Assembly (NCBI RefSeq): GCF_009914755.1
Contig: NC_060927.1
DNA length: 64,000 bases
Strand: one strand, 5' to 3'
Source of the DNA: the human T2T-CHM13v2.0 reference genome, Homo sapiens
Positions 13,367 to 25,989 of this stretch are shown here, one piece after another. Made by a program: the position numbers and the translations under genes. Every line of letters starts with the position of its first letter. Position 1 is the first letter of the stretch. The notes beneath the pieces were generated by a model. That model worked only from the letters and a program-made list of their open reading frames with translations. It had not been told where the DNA came from and searched no databases.

Positions 13367-13668
13367 GGCTGGGCGCGGTGGCTCACGCCTGTAATCCCAG
13401 CACTTTGGGAGGCCGAGGCGGGTGGATCACGAGGTCAGAAGATCGAGACCATCCTGGCGAACATGGTGAAACCCCGTCTCTACTAAAATATAAAAAAAAT
13501 TAGCCGGGCGTGGTGGTGGGTGCCTGTAGTCCCAGCTATTCAGGAGGCTGAGGCAGGAGAATGGTGTGAACCCGGGAGGTGGAGGTTCAGTGAGCTGAGA
13601 TTGCGCCACTGCACTCCAGCCTGGGCGACAGAGCGAGACTCCGTCTCAAAAGAAAAAAAAAAAAAAAA
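13367..13668 (+). mobile_element. AluY SINE
   Basis: GATCGAGACCATCCTGG and GAATGGTGTGAACCCGGG, many CpGs retained, poly-A. TSD GATCAAGTTCT at 13356-13366 and 13669-13679. Confidence 0.95.
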
Positions 13669-14190
13669 GATCAAGTTCTTCATAACAGGGAGGTTCGTTT
13701 CAGTTAGCAGAAATAGTCCTAAGTTTTGCTTATAGATTTGTTCAAGTGTTTTGTTTAGGAAGCTTTGATTCCGTCTAATATTTTAAAATAAAATCCATGA
13801 CAATAATTAGTTTTTAATGTGGGAATGACGTCACAATGGTGGTTTCTGAGAACAATGGCTCAGTGCCCCTGTGTCCTGACAGCATCCATGCCTGTGTGCT
13901 GGGCCCTATGCCCATGAGCTCTGCCCAGTTGCTGCTTGAAGAGAAAGGGGTTGTACCCCTCATAATTTTAGCAGAAAAAAAATTTTTTTGATTATGCTTG
14001 AGCTGAATATCTTTTCTTCATTTGGCAGCACTGTGTTCTATAATACACAGCTTCTGCGTCACCAGGAAATCCTCCGTGGTTACGGCAGTTTGGGGCATGT
14101 GCAGTCTCATGTGGCCCATAGTGTCACAGTACCTCATTTAACCTGCACAGTTCCCATTTCCGCAGAGATAAAAATTGAACCCGAGAGGTA

Positions 14191-15761
14191 TCAATGACAG
14201 GGATATGTTCTGGGAAATGTGTCATTAGGTCAGCAGTCCCCAACCTTTGTGGCACCAGGTACCGATTTCATGGAAGACAATTTTTCCATGGATGAGTGGT
14301 CTGGGTGGTGCGGGTGGTGGGGGGATGGTTTCGGGATGAAACTGTTCCATCTCAGGTCATCAGGCGTTAAATTCTCGTAAGGAGCCGCAACCTAGATCCT
14401 TCATGTGTGCAGTTCACAATAGGGGTAGGCGTTGAGCTCCTGTGATTATCTAATGCCGCCCCAATCTGACAGGAGGCAGAGCTCAGGTGGTAATGCTCGC
14501 TCACCTGCTGCTCCCCTCCTGGTGTACAGCCTGGTTCCTAACAGGCCACAGACCCATACCTGTCCGTGGCCCGGGGGTTGGGGACCCCTGCATTAGGCGA
14601 GTGCATTGTTGTGCAAATATTATGATGTCCTTACACAAACCTAGATGGTATAGCCTACCACATACCGAGGCTCTATGGTACAGCTTATTGCTCCTACAAA
14701 CCTACAACCCTGTACAGCATGTTACTGTGCTGAATACTGCAGGCAATTGTAGCCCAATCGAAAGTATTTGTGTATCTAAACACATCTAAACATAGAAAAG
14801 GTATAGTAAAAATACAATATAAAAGATAAAAACTGCTGCACCTGTACAGGGCGCTTACTATGTATGGAGCTTGCAGGACTGGAAGTTGCTCTGGGCGAGT
14901 CAGTGAGTGAATGGTGAGTGAATGTGAAGGTCTAGGCCATTGCTGCACACTACTGTAGACTTTATAAACACTGCACACTTAGGCTACATTACATTTATTT
15001 AAAATTTTTAATTTCTTCAATAATAAATTAACTTTAGCTTATTGTAAATTTTTAACTTTCTAAAGCTTTTAACTTTTATTAACTTTTTAACTCTTCTAAA
15101 AACAGTTTAAAACACAGCCACATTGAAGAGCTGCATGAAAATATTTTTATGTCCTTTTTATATGAGCTTCTTTCTATTTATTATTTTCTATTTTTGTTTA
15201 ACTCTTTAAATTTTTTTTGTTAGAAGCTAAGGCACAGATACACATATTAGCCTAGTCCTACACAGGGTCAGGATCATCAGTGTCTATCTTCCACCTCCAC
15301 ATCTTGTCCCGCTGGAAGGTCTTCAGGAGCAACAGCAGGCATGGAGTTGCCATCTCCGTCCATAACAACCCTTCCTCAAATACCTCCGGCAGGACCTGCC
15401 TGGGTCTCTTTTACAGTGAAATTTTAAAAAGTATATAAGTAGAAGGAGACACACTCTAAAATAATGATAAAAATATGGTATAGTAACTATATGAACCAAT
15501 AACATAATTGTTTATTATCATGATTGAGTACCATGTACTGTACATAATTGTATGTGCTATACTTTTATATGACTGGCAGTGCAGTAAGTTTGTTTACACC
15601 AGTATCACCACAAACATGTGAGTAATGAGTTGTGCTATGACATTACAACAGCTGTGACTTCACTGGGTGATAGAAATTTTCAGCTTCATTAAAATCTTAT
15701 GAGACCGACATTGTACTGTGGTCTGTTGTTGACTGAAACATTATTATGCGACACATGCTTG
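14191..15761 (-). mobile_element. Tigger3(b) TcMar-Tigger DNA transposon, interrupted by MER1B
   Basis: The right end is the reverse complement of the Tigger3 start (..GTTGACTGAAACATTATTATGCGACACATGCTTG|TA). Also ACACAAACCTAGATGGTATAGCCTAC and GGACTGGAAGTTGCTCTGGG. Confidence 0.85.
14231..14590 (-). mobile_element. MER1B (hAT-Charlie) nested in Tigger3
   Basis: TIRs CAGCAGTCCCCAACC / GGTTGGGGACCCCTG. 8-bp TSD CATTAGGT (14223-14230) / CATTAGGC (14591-14598). Confidence 0.9.
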
Positions 15762-16305
15762 TATTTATAAAATGAAAATAACATTTGTCCCAGAGAGTTA
15801 TTATACAAATGATACAATGAATGGAATAAAAGAGTATAAATTGTAACACACCATACATGTAAGAGAGCGTTCTAATATTTCAATGGTATTACTACAACTA
15901 CCACTAATATTACTATTATCACCGCTATCCCAACCAGGGTTTTGGATGATGTATTTTTTCTACTTATGTGTAAGCAAATAACAAAAACAGAGGTTAACTA
16001 TAAAGGGATAAGTGGTTTTTAGAGGAGAAATAGAGCTAGAAGGTAGACTTCTTTGAATATATTTTATTTGTAGACTTGATCTTGGAGAGGTACAAATATA
16101 TTGTACAATTTTAAAATATAATTTAAACAAAATAACTATATCTATAAATCGGAAACAACAAAGTAAATAAATCTACTCTGTATCTACCGATGACATAAAT
16201 GTATAGAGAGAAACTATTACAGGAAACGTTAAAACACATAAATTTGAATGTGCATCTCTAAAGAGGATATAATCTAAGAAAAAAAGTAATTGTAAAAAAT
16301 GTTTC

Positions 16306-16362
16306 AGGCCGACTCTGGGCCCACTGCCTACGAGTTAGCCCTGGTCTGCAAGGAGCAGGGGG
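16306..16362 (+). mobile_element. 57-bp TSD-flanked GC-rich retroposed insert of unknown source
   Basis: Exact 11-bp TSD AAAAATGTTTC at 16295-16305 and 16363-16373. The insert folds into two hairpins. Confidence 0.7.
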
Positions 16363-16616
16363 AAAAATGTTTCTAACTGCTTCCAGTAATCATATTGGTG
16401 ATGGTATTTTGATTCTAACAGTGCTTTGTTTGTAATGTGAGATGAAGCAAATGAGTAATTATGTGAAATCTAATACTATCATCCCTTGTGCCCTTGAGAA
16501 GTAAAATTTTCTTTAGGGAGAAAGGAGATATAGATGTAAGTTTGAGAAGTTAAGCAAAATATCAGTAGTACTAAATCATAACTGGAATTATTGCAATGAA
16601 TTCGTGAGATATTTTA

Positions 16617-16662
16617 TTTTTTGAAGAACCATATTTTTTTGAAGAACCATCTTTTTTGAAGA
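16617..16662. repeat. Short tandem repeat, unit about TTTTTTGAAGAACCAT(A/C), about 2.6 copies
   Basis: Directly visible. Confidence 0.8.
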
Positions 16663-18482
16663 TCCACTAAAAAAGCCTACAAACAATGACCAAACCAGTA
16701 ATAATAACCATCTCTATTTCTCAGATGTTATTTTTATATCCAGGGCAGAAAATACAAACATAAGCCTGGTATAGCTTGCCATACTAGATAACAAGGAAGA
16801 TATCAAAACCTACTAAGATTGTTTCAAGTGACTTACATGCCAGTGTCAATAGACCCCCATTGACCACAAATTGGGCAATCTGAGCATCAGTAAGGATACT
16901 AACTGCAATGGATTAAAACATATAAAATATGCTTAAATTCATGCATTCATAGTACTATGAAAAAGGAAAATAGTTTTTTACTATCAGAGAATGCTAGGGA
17001 CTGCATTCATTATTTTGAAAATGGATCAAGGGAAAGATTCAAACATTTATTTTGCCTTTACTAAATAAACTGTATCACTAGGTAACCAAGAAAAAGAAGA
17101 AAGTTCCATTTTATGCAACTTTCCAGCTAATAGTTGAAGAAGAAATTATAGAATATTACCATTTTGCAACTGCAAATGAATTAACTGATAATCAGCGTTG
17201 CTCACATCACAGAATGAAGGACAAACAGAATTATGTGTCTCCTGATAGAATGCAATTCCACCTATGACGTAGTCTTGCCCCAAGGAGAAAGGGGAGGAGG
17301 AAGAGGGATCCAAATCTGATAAAGGGTCTAGATCCAACTGCCAATTTATACAAATACAGAGGACAAAATAATATGTTAAACTATGTCACAGGAATTTGAC
17401 CAGCAAAATCCAGGCTATGCAAAACTGTATAGAAAAAGCAACTTGCTTTCTTCAACAAATAAGTGGCAAGAACACAAAAAGAGAAATAGTGAATAAAGCT
17501 ATAAAGTTAAAAAGTTAAAAAAGACTTGAAAGACATATAAATCAACACACTGTGTAGACTAAGACTTATGACATTTTGAGACAATTGGATATTGGTACTC
17601 TGGCTGGATATATAATGACATTAAAGAATTATTATTAATGTGTTTGGTCTGATAATGATACTGTGGTAATGTTTAAGACACAAAATTCACCTAGCACTGA
17701 GATCTTGGTTTCTAAATATTTACCACTGAAAGGAATCAGAAATCCTTGGAGAAATGTCTGAAACCAGGACTAGGCAGCAAAGGCATCTCATCCTAGAGAA
17801 TAAGAAAGTGCTCAGAAGGAGAGAGCTCTATCACCGTGACACAAGAGCCAGTTTGATGGGACATCTGTTGGCCAAACTGGGAATTTGAGCGTCACAATTA
17901 AAAATGGTAAGAATTGATGACATATTCAGTAAAAAGGAATCCATGAGTCCATAAAAATACACAAAGCAACAAAGAAAGAAACAAATCAAAGGAGGAAGAA
18001 AGAAAACTTCTTTATAGTAGGATGCCAGGCAATAAATGGATAAGAAATAGAAGAATTGGAAAATCACTGTTTTGCAATCATGATGCTAATAATTGATTCA
18101 AGCAAGAATCATCACTTAATCAATTTACTATGGAAATTTACAATGGAAAAATTTTATTAGGATAAAGATATTAGTAACTTTCAAAGTAATTATTCACATA
18201 TTACCTATTAATTACAAAGAGGAAAAGTGGACCTTTACAGTGGAGAAATCTGACAGATAGCTGCCATTACCAAGTGATCAAAGCCAACATCACCAATAAT
18301 GGGATAAACTGATATTAGTTGTATCCTGAGGTGATGTCTTCAGAAGTGCAAGACATCACTTATCTGCTATTCTTACTAAAACTACCTAATGATATCAAAT
18401 CACGAGGTAACAATCAGACCAGCACAAATTGAAATACATTCTACAATACACAAGCCATACTTTTAAAAATGTTAATGCCATG

Positions 18483-18841
18483 GAATACTATGCAGCCATA
18501 AAAAAGGATGAATTCATGTCCTTTGCAGGGACATGGACGAAGCTGGAAACCATCGTTCTCAGCAAACTATCACAAGGACAAAAAACCAAACACCGCATGT
18601 TCTCACTCATAGGTGGGAATTGAACTCATAGGTGGGAATTAAGTGATGACACAGGGTGAGGAACATCACACACCCGGGCCTGTCGTGGGGTGGGGGGATG
18701 GGGGAGGGATAGCATTAGGAGAAATACCTAATGTAAATGACAAGTTGATGGGTGCAGCACACCAACATGGCACATGTATACCTATGTAACAAACCTACAC
18801 GGGGTGCACTTGTACCCTAGTACTTAATGTGTAATAAAAAG
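18483..18841 (+). mobile_element. L1PA 3' end (5'-truncated, about 360 bp)
   Basis: GGAATACTATGCAGCCATAAAAAAGGATGA.., G-rich tract, GGGTGCAGCACACCAACATGGCACATGTATAC. TSD ATGTTAATGCCATG at 18469-18482 and 18842-18855. Confidence 0.93.
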
Positions 18842-19232
18842 ATGTTAATGCCATGAACAAAGAACAAGAGAGGAACTTCCAAATTAGTGGCAATTAAAGA
18901 GACATGACTATTGAATGCGTGTGAGATTCTGAATTGAAACCTGGCTTGGGAAAAAAATGTTAAGTCAGTAAAATTTGAATATAAACTATGTACCCCATAT
19001 TTATATGGCATTAATGTGAAATGTTCTGATTTTGAAAATGATGCAGTCTTTGTTGTTTAAAAATACATGTTGACGTGTTTAGGCATGGCTGGATGGAGGG
19101 CAGGAAGGTGAACAAATATGGCAAAATGTTAACAATAGTTGAATGAGTCAGTCAGATTAAAGGTTACATGAGAGTTTGTATAATAAAATTCTTACAAGTT
19201 TTCTGTAGCCCTTACATTTTTTGAATTAAGAA

Positions 19233-19508
19233 TTTTTTTTTAAATTATACTTTAAGTTCTAGGGTACATGTGCACAACGTGCAGGTTTGTTACATATGTA
19301 TACATGTGCCATGTTGGTGCGCTGCACCCATCAACTCATCATTTACATTAGGTATATCTCCTAATGCTTTCTCTCCCCTCTTCCCCCAACCCCACAACAG
19401 GCCCCGGTGTGCGTTCTCAGCAAACTATCGCAAGAACAAAAAACCAAACATCACATGTTCTCACTCACAGGTGGGAATTGAACGATGAGAACACCTGGAC
19501 TCGGGAAG
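19233..19508 (-). mobile_element. L1PA 3' end with 5' inversion (twin priming)
   Basis: Poly-T plus antisense 3'UTR to 19411, then sense-orientation upstream L1 sequence 19412-19508. TSD about AAGAA(A)TTTTTT. Confidence 0.9.
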
Positions 19509-19590
19509 AAATTTTTTAATTAAAAAATTTGGTTGAACGTTTTTCTTGTTAAATGATGTTTAAAAAATGAAAACAAAGTTCTTGGCTTAG

Positions 19591-19622
19591 TAAAATAAAT
19601 AAATAAATAAATAAATAAATAA
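19591..19622. repeat. (TAAA)n microsatellite
   Basis: Directly visible. Confidence 0.9.
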
Positions 19623-19639
19623 GCACAGATCAGAGAAAT

Positions 19640-19795
19640 AGAGGAAAATGTATGTAATGAAAACATCCTGAATCTTGACTGTGGCAATAGTCTCACTGGT
19701 GTATACATACGTATGTCAAAATTCATCCAATTTACATTTTGAGAGGGTTCAATTTATTGTACAGTAATTATACCTCAATAAATTATTTTTAAAAG
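19640..19795 (+). mobile_element. L1M (MC/MD-type) 3' terminus
   Basis: ATCTTGACTGTGGC..TATGTCAAAATTCATC..AATTATACCTCAATAAA. Confidence 0.65.
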
Positions 19796-20479
19796 TGCAC
19801 AAATCTTGAATAGTAAAACAGTTTCTTTCTGAACACAACTATGAGGAAAGAACAAACATTGTTGACTTCATATTAATTTATGGATAATTTTTATTTTAAA
19901 ATGCTTTCTCAAGAATTAGACTACAAGTCAATTGAAAATGCTACATCATGAGCCCATTCCATATATATTGTTGTGGTCAGTTCATCACAAACATAATTTA
20001 TAAAAAATTATTTTGCAGTTTTTTCTCTATCTGAAGATAAACTAATTTATTAGCAAGAACTTTGAAAAAATAAGTCAAAATAGAACATATTATAAATGGT
20101 TTCACTTAAATACCAAGAAATAACTTTCTAAAGTATTAAGTATCAAAAAATAACGGCAATAACTGAGCCTATATTACGGTCAAGCAGGTGCTTTCCAAGC
20201 CTGTCAGCACAGGATGAATGGAGCGGTGAAGCTCTCTATGTGCAGACTCCTGCAGGAACATGGAATGCTGGAAATTTAGAGAACAAACAAAATGCCTAAT
20301 AATAGGGGACTAGGGGAATAAATCTCACATATCCACAAAATAAAATAGTATACAAGCATCGTATATGATGTAGGGATGTGTGTACTTACATTAAGGGAAA
20401 AATATAATGTACTATATAGAGTATAAGCTCATTTTGATTAATACACAAGAAAAATGTCTAGATTAGTTAATGACTACAA

Positions 20480-20790
20480 AAATACACTTAGATAACGGGA
20501 ATAAGTTCTAGTGTTTAATAGCATAGTAAGGTGACTACAATTATCAACAATTTATTGCATATTTCAAAATGTGGAATGTTCAGCTGGGGACAGTGCTGTA
20601 GTGAGGTAGTCTTCACGGAGGAAGTGACCTGATGAGAAGATTTGGAATGCTCTCAACACAAAGAGATGATAAATGTTTGCAGTGATGGGTAACCCATTTA
20701 CCGTGATTTGATCATTGGACATTGTATGCATGCATAAAAATATCACATGTATTCCATAAATATGTACAACTATTATATATGAATTTAAAA
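20480..20790 (+). mobile_element. L1MA 3' end
   Basis: GGAATAAGTTCTAGTGTTTAATAGCA..CAACACAAAGAGATGATAAATGTTTG..CATAAATATGTACAAC. Confidence 0.8.
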
Positions 20791-21075
20791 TGCCTAGAAT
20801 ATTATATGACAAAATAAAAACAACAATGCTCTCTAGGTAATAGGAATAGGGTTGTTATCAGATTCTTCTTTTTGTTTATTTGTATATTCTGATTTGTCCA
20901 TAGTGATCATGTGTTACTTATATAATCAAAATAGCAATATAAGAGTTTAAATTGTTCTCATATAAACTACATTACCAAAAAGAGTGATTTAAAAAGTATC
21001 TGTTAGAGACACACATTGGAATATTAATAAGGAAAATAATCTGATGGCTGGAGTTGATTTAAAATAACATGGAAG

Positions 21076-21174
21076 AGAGATTGAGGTTGCAGTGAGCCAA
21101 GATTATGCCACTGCACTCCAGCTTGCACAACAGAGCAAGGCCCTGTTTCAAATAATAATGATAATAATAATACT
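21076..21174 (+). mobile_element. 5'-truncated Alu (right-arm 3' end)
   Basis: GAGGTTGCAGTGAGCCAAGAT..CTGCACTCCAGC with (AAT)n tail. TSD AAAT[A/G]ACATGGAAG. Confidence 0.85.
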
Positions 21175-21354
21175 AAATGACATGGAAGGGGAAGAGGTGA
21201 AATCGGGGTATAGAGAAAATAAAACTAGTCATGAGTTGATAGTTGTTGAATCTGAATAGTGGGTACATGATGAATGCTTATTACACTCTTCTGTTTTCTT
21301 TTGTATATGTTTAATATTCTCTATAATGAAAGGTTTTAAAAGTAAGCTGACTGA

Positions 21355-21756
<402 letters not shown>

Positions 21757-21899
21757 AGGAGCCCATTGCTAGGAAGAGCCTCCATGGAATGCCGGCAGTG
21801 AACAGCATCTCCTCTGAACTGCCCGAGCATCACCATTGCACTGTGTACTCCGGGCTGTATTCACCATCACCCAAGGGTGGCCAGATAATCTGTCTGCCA

Positions 21900-22122
21900 C
21901 AGCATCTTCAAGATTTGAGCCATTTCCTCTGTGAAGGTTTCCTCACTACAACACTGCCCGCAGCTGAAACTAAACATTCCTCCCACCAAGCTCTTACGGC
22001 AGCATGGTTTATAAAAGATACTTGACTTCTTGTCCCAACTATAAGCACTTCACATTTGTTATTCACCTGTATATCCCTAGGACAGAACCCTTATGGTCAC
22101 TAAATAAGCATTCGTGGAATGA
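21900..22122 (+). mobile_element. L2 3' fragment
   Basis: TTCCTCTGTGAAGGTTTCC..ATTCACCTGTATATCCCTAG..CATTCGTGGAATGA. Confidence 0.5.
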
Positions 22123-22226
22123 GTCTCTTTCTCAAATCCACACTGTTGCTTGATCTTTTTAAGCCCCTGAAAAACTGTCACTTCAGAATTACCTTGGCCC
22201 CCAGTGAAGGAATGGGTATTCACTGA

Positions 22227-22516
<290 letters not shown>

Positions 22517-22962
22517 TTATCTCATATACAAGTAGTGGAGCCCAAGAAATTTATCAAACTTCTTAAAATAGAGAGTTTGAGATCTAATTATAAACAGATA
22601 GAAAAATGAAGAACTAGACTAAGTTATACCACCTCAAACATCCTAACACTATTTAAATATCTTAATAAAACTAAAAACAATTATTCAGAATAAGACTCCC
22701 TCCTCTGATTTATCCTTACCATCAACTACTCTGAAAAGTGAAACTGTTATTTTCCATTAATAAATTGGTATAACTTTAGTTAGTCTTCCCATACTAATCT
22801 GTTCACTGGTCCTGGAGCGTGTACTTTTCTTCTCTACTACTTGGCCTTTATTCTTACTTGTGTTCCTTCCCCTGGTGGGGCTATGGCATTCTGTTCAACT
22901 TCAGTGAACTTGAAGTTTCACTCTAGTGTCACCTTTGTTTTCCTAGCCAAAAACAATCTTCC

Positions 22963-23271
<309 letters not shown>

Positions 23272-23299
23272 TTCCCTTCGTAAGGATCCACATCACTTT

Positions 23300-23480
23300 C
23301 TCATGTTATCCCTTCTTATCCTGTGTTGTAATTATTTGTGTGAAGTCCCCTATCCTAAAATAGCTTGAAGTCTCTCTGAAGGCAGATAAAACATGAGTCC
23401 AGCTAAAGATCTCCTCACATGCATACCTTGTCTTGCACCAGCAGATGCTCAGCAAACAAATGAATAAAAGGATCAATAAA
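23300..23480 (+). mobile_element. L2 3' end
   Basis: CTCTGAAGGCAGA..GCAGATGCTCAGCAAACAAATGAATAAA. Confidence 0.55.
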
Positions 23481-23899
23481 TAGGCTTGATGAATTAAATT
23501 TTTTATCAGATTGCCTGTTGGTTTTGGCATTGCATAGGCACTCCCCAAGCTGTTTAAATTTCCTTTATTTACCAAATACTTGCTACTGTTTGTGAGAATA
23601 GTGGAAATAAGACAATTTTCCCCAACAGAACATTAACATTCAAGCAGAGGTTAAATGGCTCCTTTGGGAGTGGAGAATCTAGGAAGTCTAACGTGTAGTG
23701 ACAACACTCAAAGAGAAACCCTTCTTGGATTCTGTATGTCAAACAGTTCCACGACTTGTTCAAGTTTAACTGTGGGACTTTTGAAGCCATTGTGACTATT
23801 TTGCTTCTGTTGGGTGACTGGAAAGACAGTATCTGCTACCTGGGAAGGGTTAATTGTGTTCTTATATTTTCAACTCTACTTTTTAAAAAGGCGTGGCTG

Positions 23900-24087
23900 C
23901 ATTTTTCTCTTCTCTTTTCTCCCCATTGTCTCCCCTACTCTTCCTCACTCTTTTTCTATCTCCCCCTCTCTAGTTCCTTCCCTGATTCCTTCTCTTCAGT
24001 CTTTCATTTTCTTCCTCTGTATCTCCTTCTTGCCTCTCCCACTGCACCCTTTCCTTCCTTTGCTTCCCCTACACCTTCTCCCTCTCA
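23900..24087. repeat. CT-rich low-complexity tract
   Basis: Directly visible. Confidence 0.85.
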
Positions 24088-24844
24088 TGTGATTTATGTT
24101 AAAATGTACGACATCAAAGAGTTACCTACATGAATCTGAACCCTGGGTTTAGATCTACCTAAGGTAGGTGGCATAGATACCTGAGAGGTGGGGAGGAGAG
24201 AAGCAGCTCTAGAAAATGCTTTCATTCAGAAGGTGTGGCACAGAAATCATGGTGGCATGTGGCATGGTGGCAAGTGACAAGAGGCATCCACGCAAAAGCT
24301 GGCATCCAGGGGACCTAACAAGAGATCATGGGCTGCCCCAAGTTTGCCTGAAACATTGTGATGGGATACTAACCTGAATACAAAGCATGACTGCAGATCT
24401 GGAAGGAATTGGATTCAAGAAGGAATTTGTAAGTGGGTAGCAGAACCTAAGCCATCTTTCTAGGGTTTACTATAAACCTAGAGGCAGGTTGAGGATTAAC
24501 AAGAGCAAGCAGTGCTTTGAGCCTTGCAGGCCTGCTTCCTAGAAAAAGTATTCTGGCAGAGCCTCTTACTGGTTATAAGGGAATAGGGCCCAAGAAGAGA
24601 AAGTTTCCCACGAGGAAATATGTAAAAGGGCTTAGTTATAGGAAGAAAGGAAAAATCTGATTCCCAAAACTGAAGCAGTCCATGGGCAGAGCAAGATGAA
24701 CCTGAGCTACTGACCTAAGCTTCCTTAAAATAACCCCAAATGAAACATGGTTGGTTCTGGAAACTGGAATTGGGGGTAGCCTCCAAATAAGGGTCCAGTA
24801 GCTCTGGGTCATTTCATCGTCAACTGGAAATAGATGCAGCAGTC

Positions 24845-25048
24845 TCAGTGGTCATGACTCTAACATCAGATCAGCCTGAGCTCAAGTACCAAGTACAGCT
24901 CTTACAAGATGAGAGAGACCTTGGGAAAGTAACATAACCTCTCTTTGCCTCAGTTTTCTCATCTGTAAAGTGGGGGGAAACAGTACCAATGTCATGGGGC
25001 TATCATGAGAATTAAATGAATCCTTATTAATAAAAGGTTTAGAATAAG
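24845..25048 (+). mobile_element. MIR SINE, cut at its 3' end by an Alu
   Basis: GACCTTGGGAAAGTAACATAACCTCTCTTTGCCTCAGTTTTCTCATCTGTAAAGTGGG..GAATTAAATGA. Confidence 0.85.
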
Positions 25049-25398
<350 letters not shown>

Positions 25399-25649
25399 CT
25401 ATTTTCCCAAATCAAGTGAATTTCAGCTCAATAAAATCATTCATTTTTCAGGGAAACTGATTCACTTTTCATTTACTGAGTATAGACCACCTGAATTGGG
25501 TCCCAAACTAACTCCTCATAATAAAAACTGAACATGGGAGTTGCTCTGCTGTGTGGCAAACACACCATCATTCTTGTAATTGCCTTCACTTGAAAACTCA
25601 GCCACATATTTATCTCCCCTTTCTCTAACCCCAGTATCTCAGAAAGTCA

Positions 25650-25885
25650 TATAGCATCATGGTTAAGAGAGCAGACTCAGGAACCAGACATAACTGGGCT
25701 TAAATGTTAACTTTATCCCCTTTTTAAAGCTTGGTAGAGCTGCCTATCTTTTCTTTCTGAGCTTCAGTTTTCTCATTTGCAAGTAAGTGAGGATAGTAAT
25801 ACCCATGTCATAGAGTTATTGTGAGGATTGGATGTGATTTTGCATGCAAAGGGCTTAGCAAAGTACCTACTTCTGGAAATGTTTA
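25650..25885 (+). mobile_element. MIR SINE, near full length
   Basis: ATAGCATCATGGTTAAGAGAGCAGACTC..CTGAGCTTCAGTTTTCTCATTTGCAA..GTTATTGTGAGGATT. Confidence 0.8.
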
Positions 25886-25989
25886 ATGCATTTCAGTCAA
25901 AAATCATGTATCATAATCCAGTTGAATCCATTTTTCAAATGTCTCCTAACTTTGTCCCTTCTGCTCCATCCTTCCAATACTATTGTGTA

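Larger units (their letters stand above)
15960..19230 (+). mobile_element. Old L1MC/L1ME-type 3' region, fragmented, host to younger insertions
   Basis: A-rich strand with L1MC/ME 3'UTR motifs (GGGAGAAAGGAGATATAGATGTAAG, TTTACAGTGGAGAAATCTGACAGA, CCAAGTGATCAAAG). Confidence 0.7.

Noticed and set aside
16617-16662. Short direct repeats as a CRISPR-like array
   Set aside because: Head-to-tail tandem copies with no spacers, in eukaryotic DNA.
24088-24748. TG...CA bounded segment as an ancient LTR
   Set aside because: No TSD or family motif I can identify. A Dfam search would be needed.
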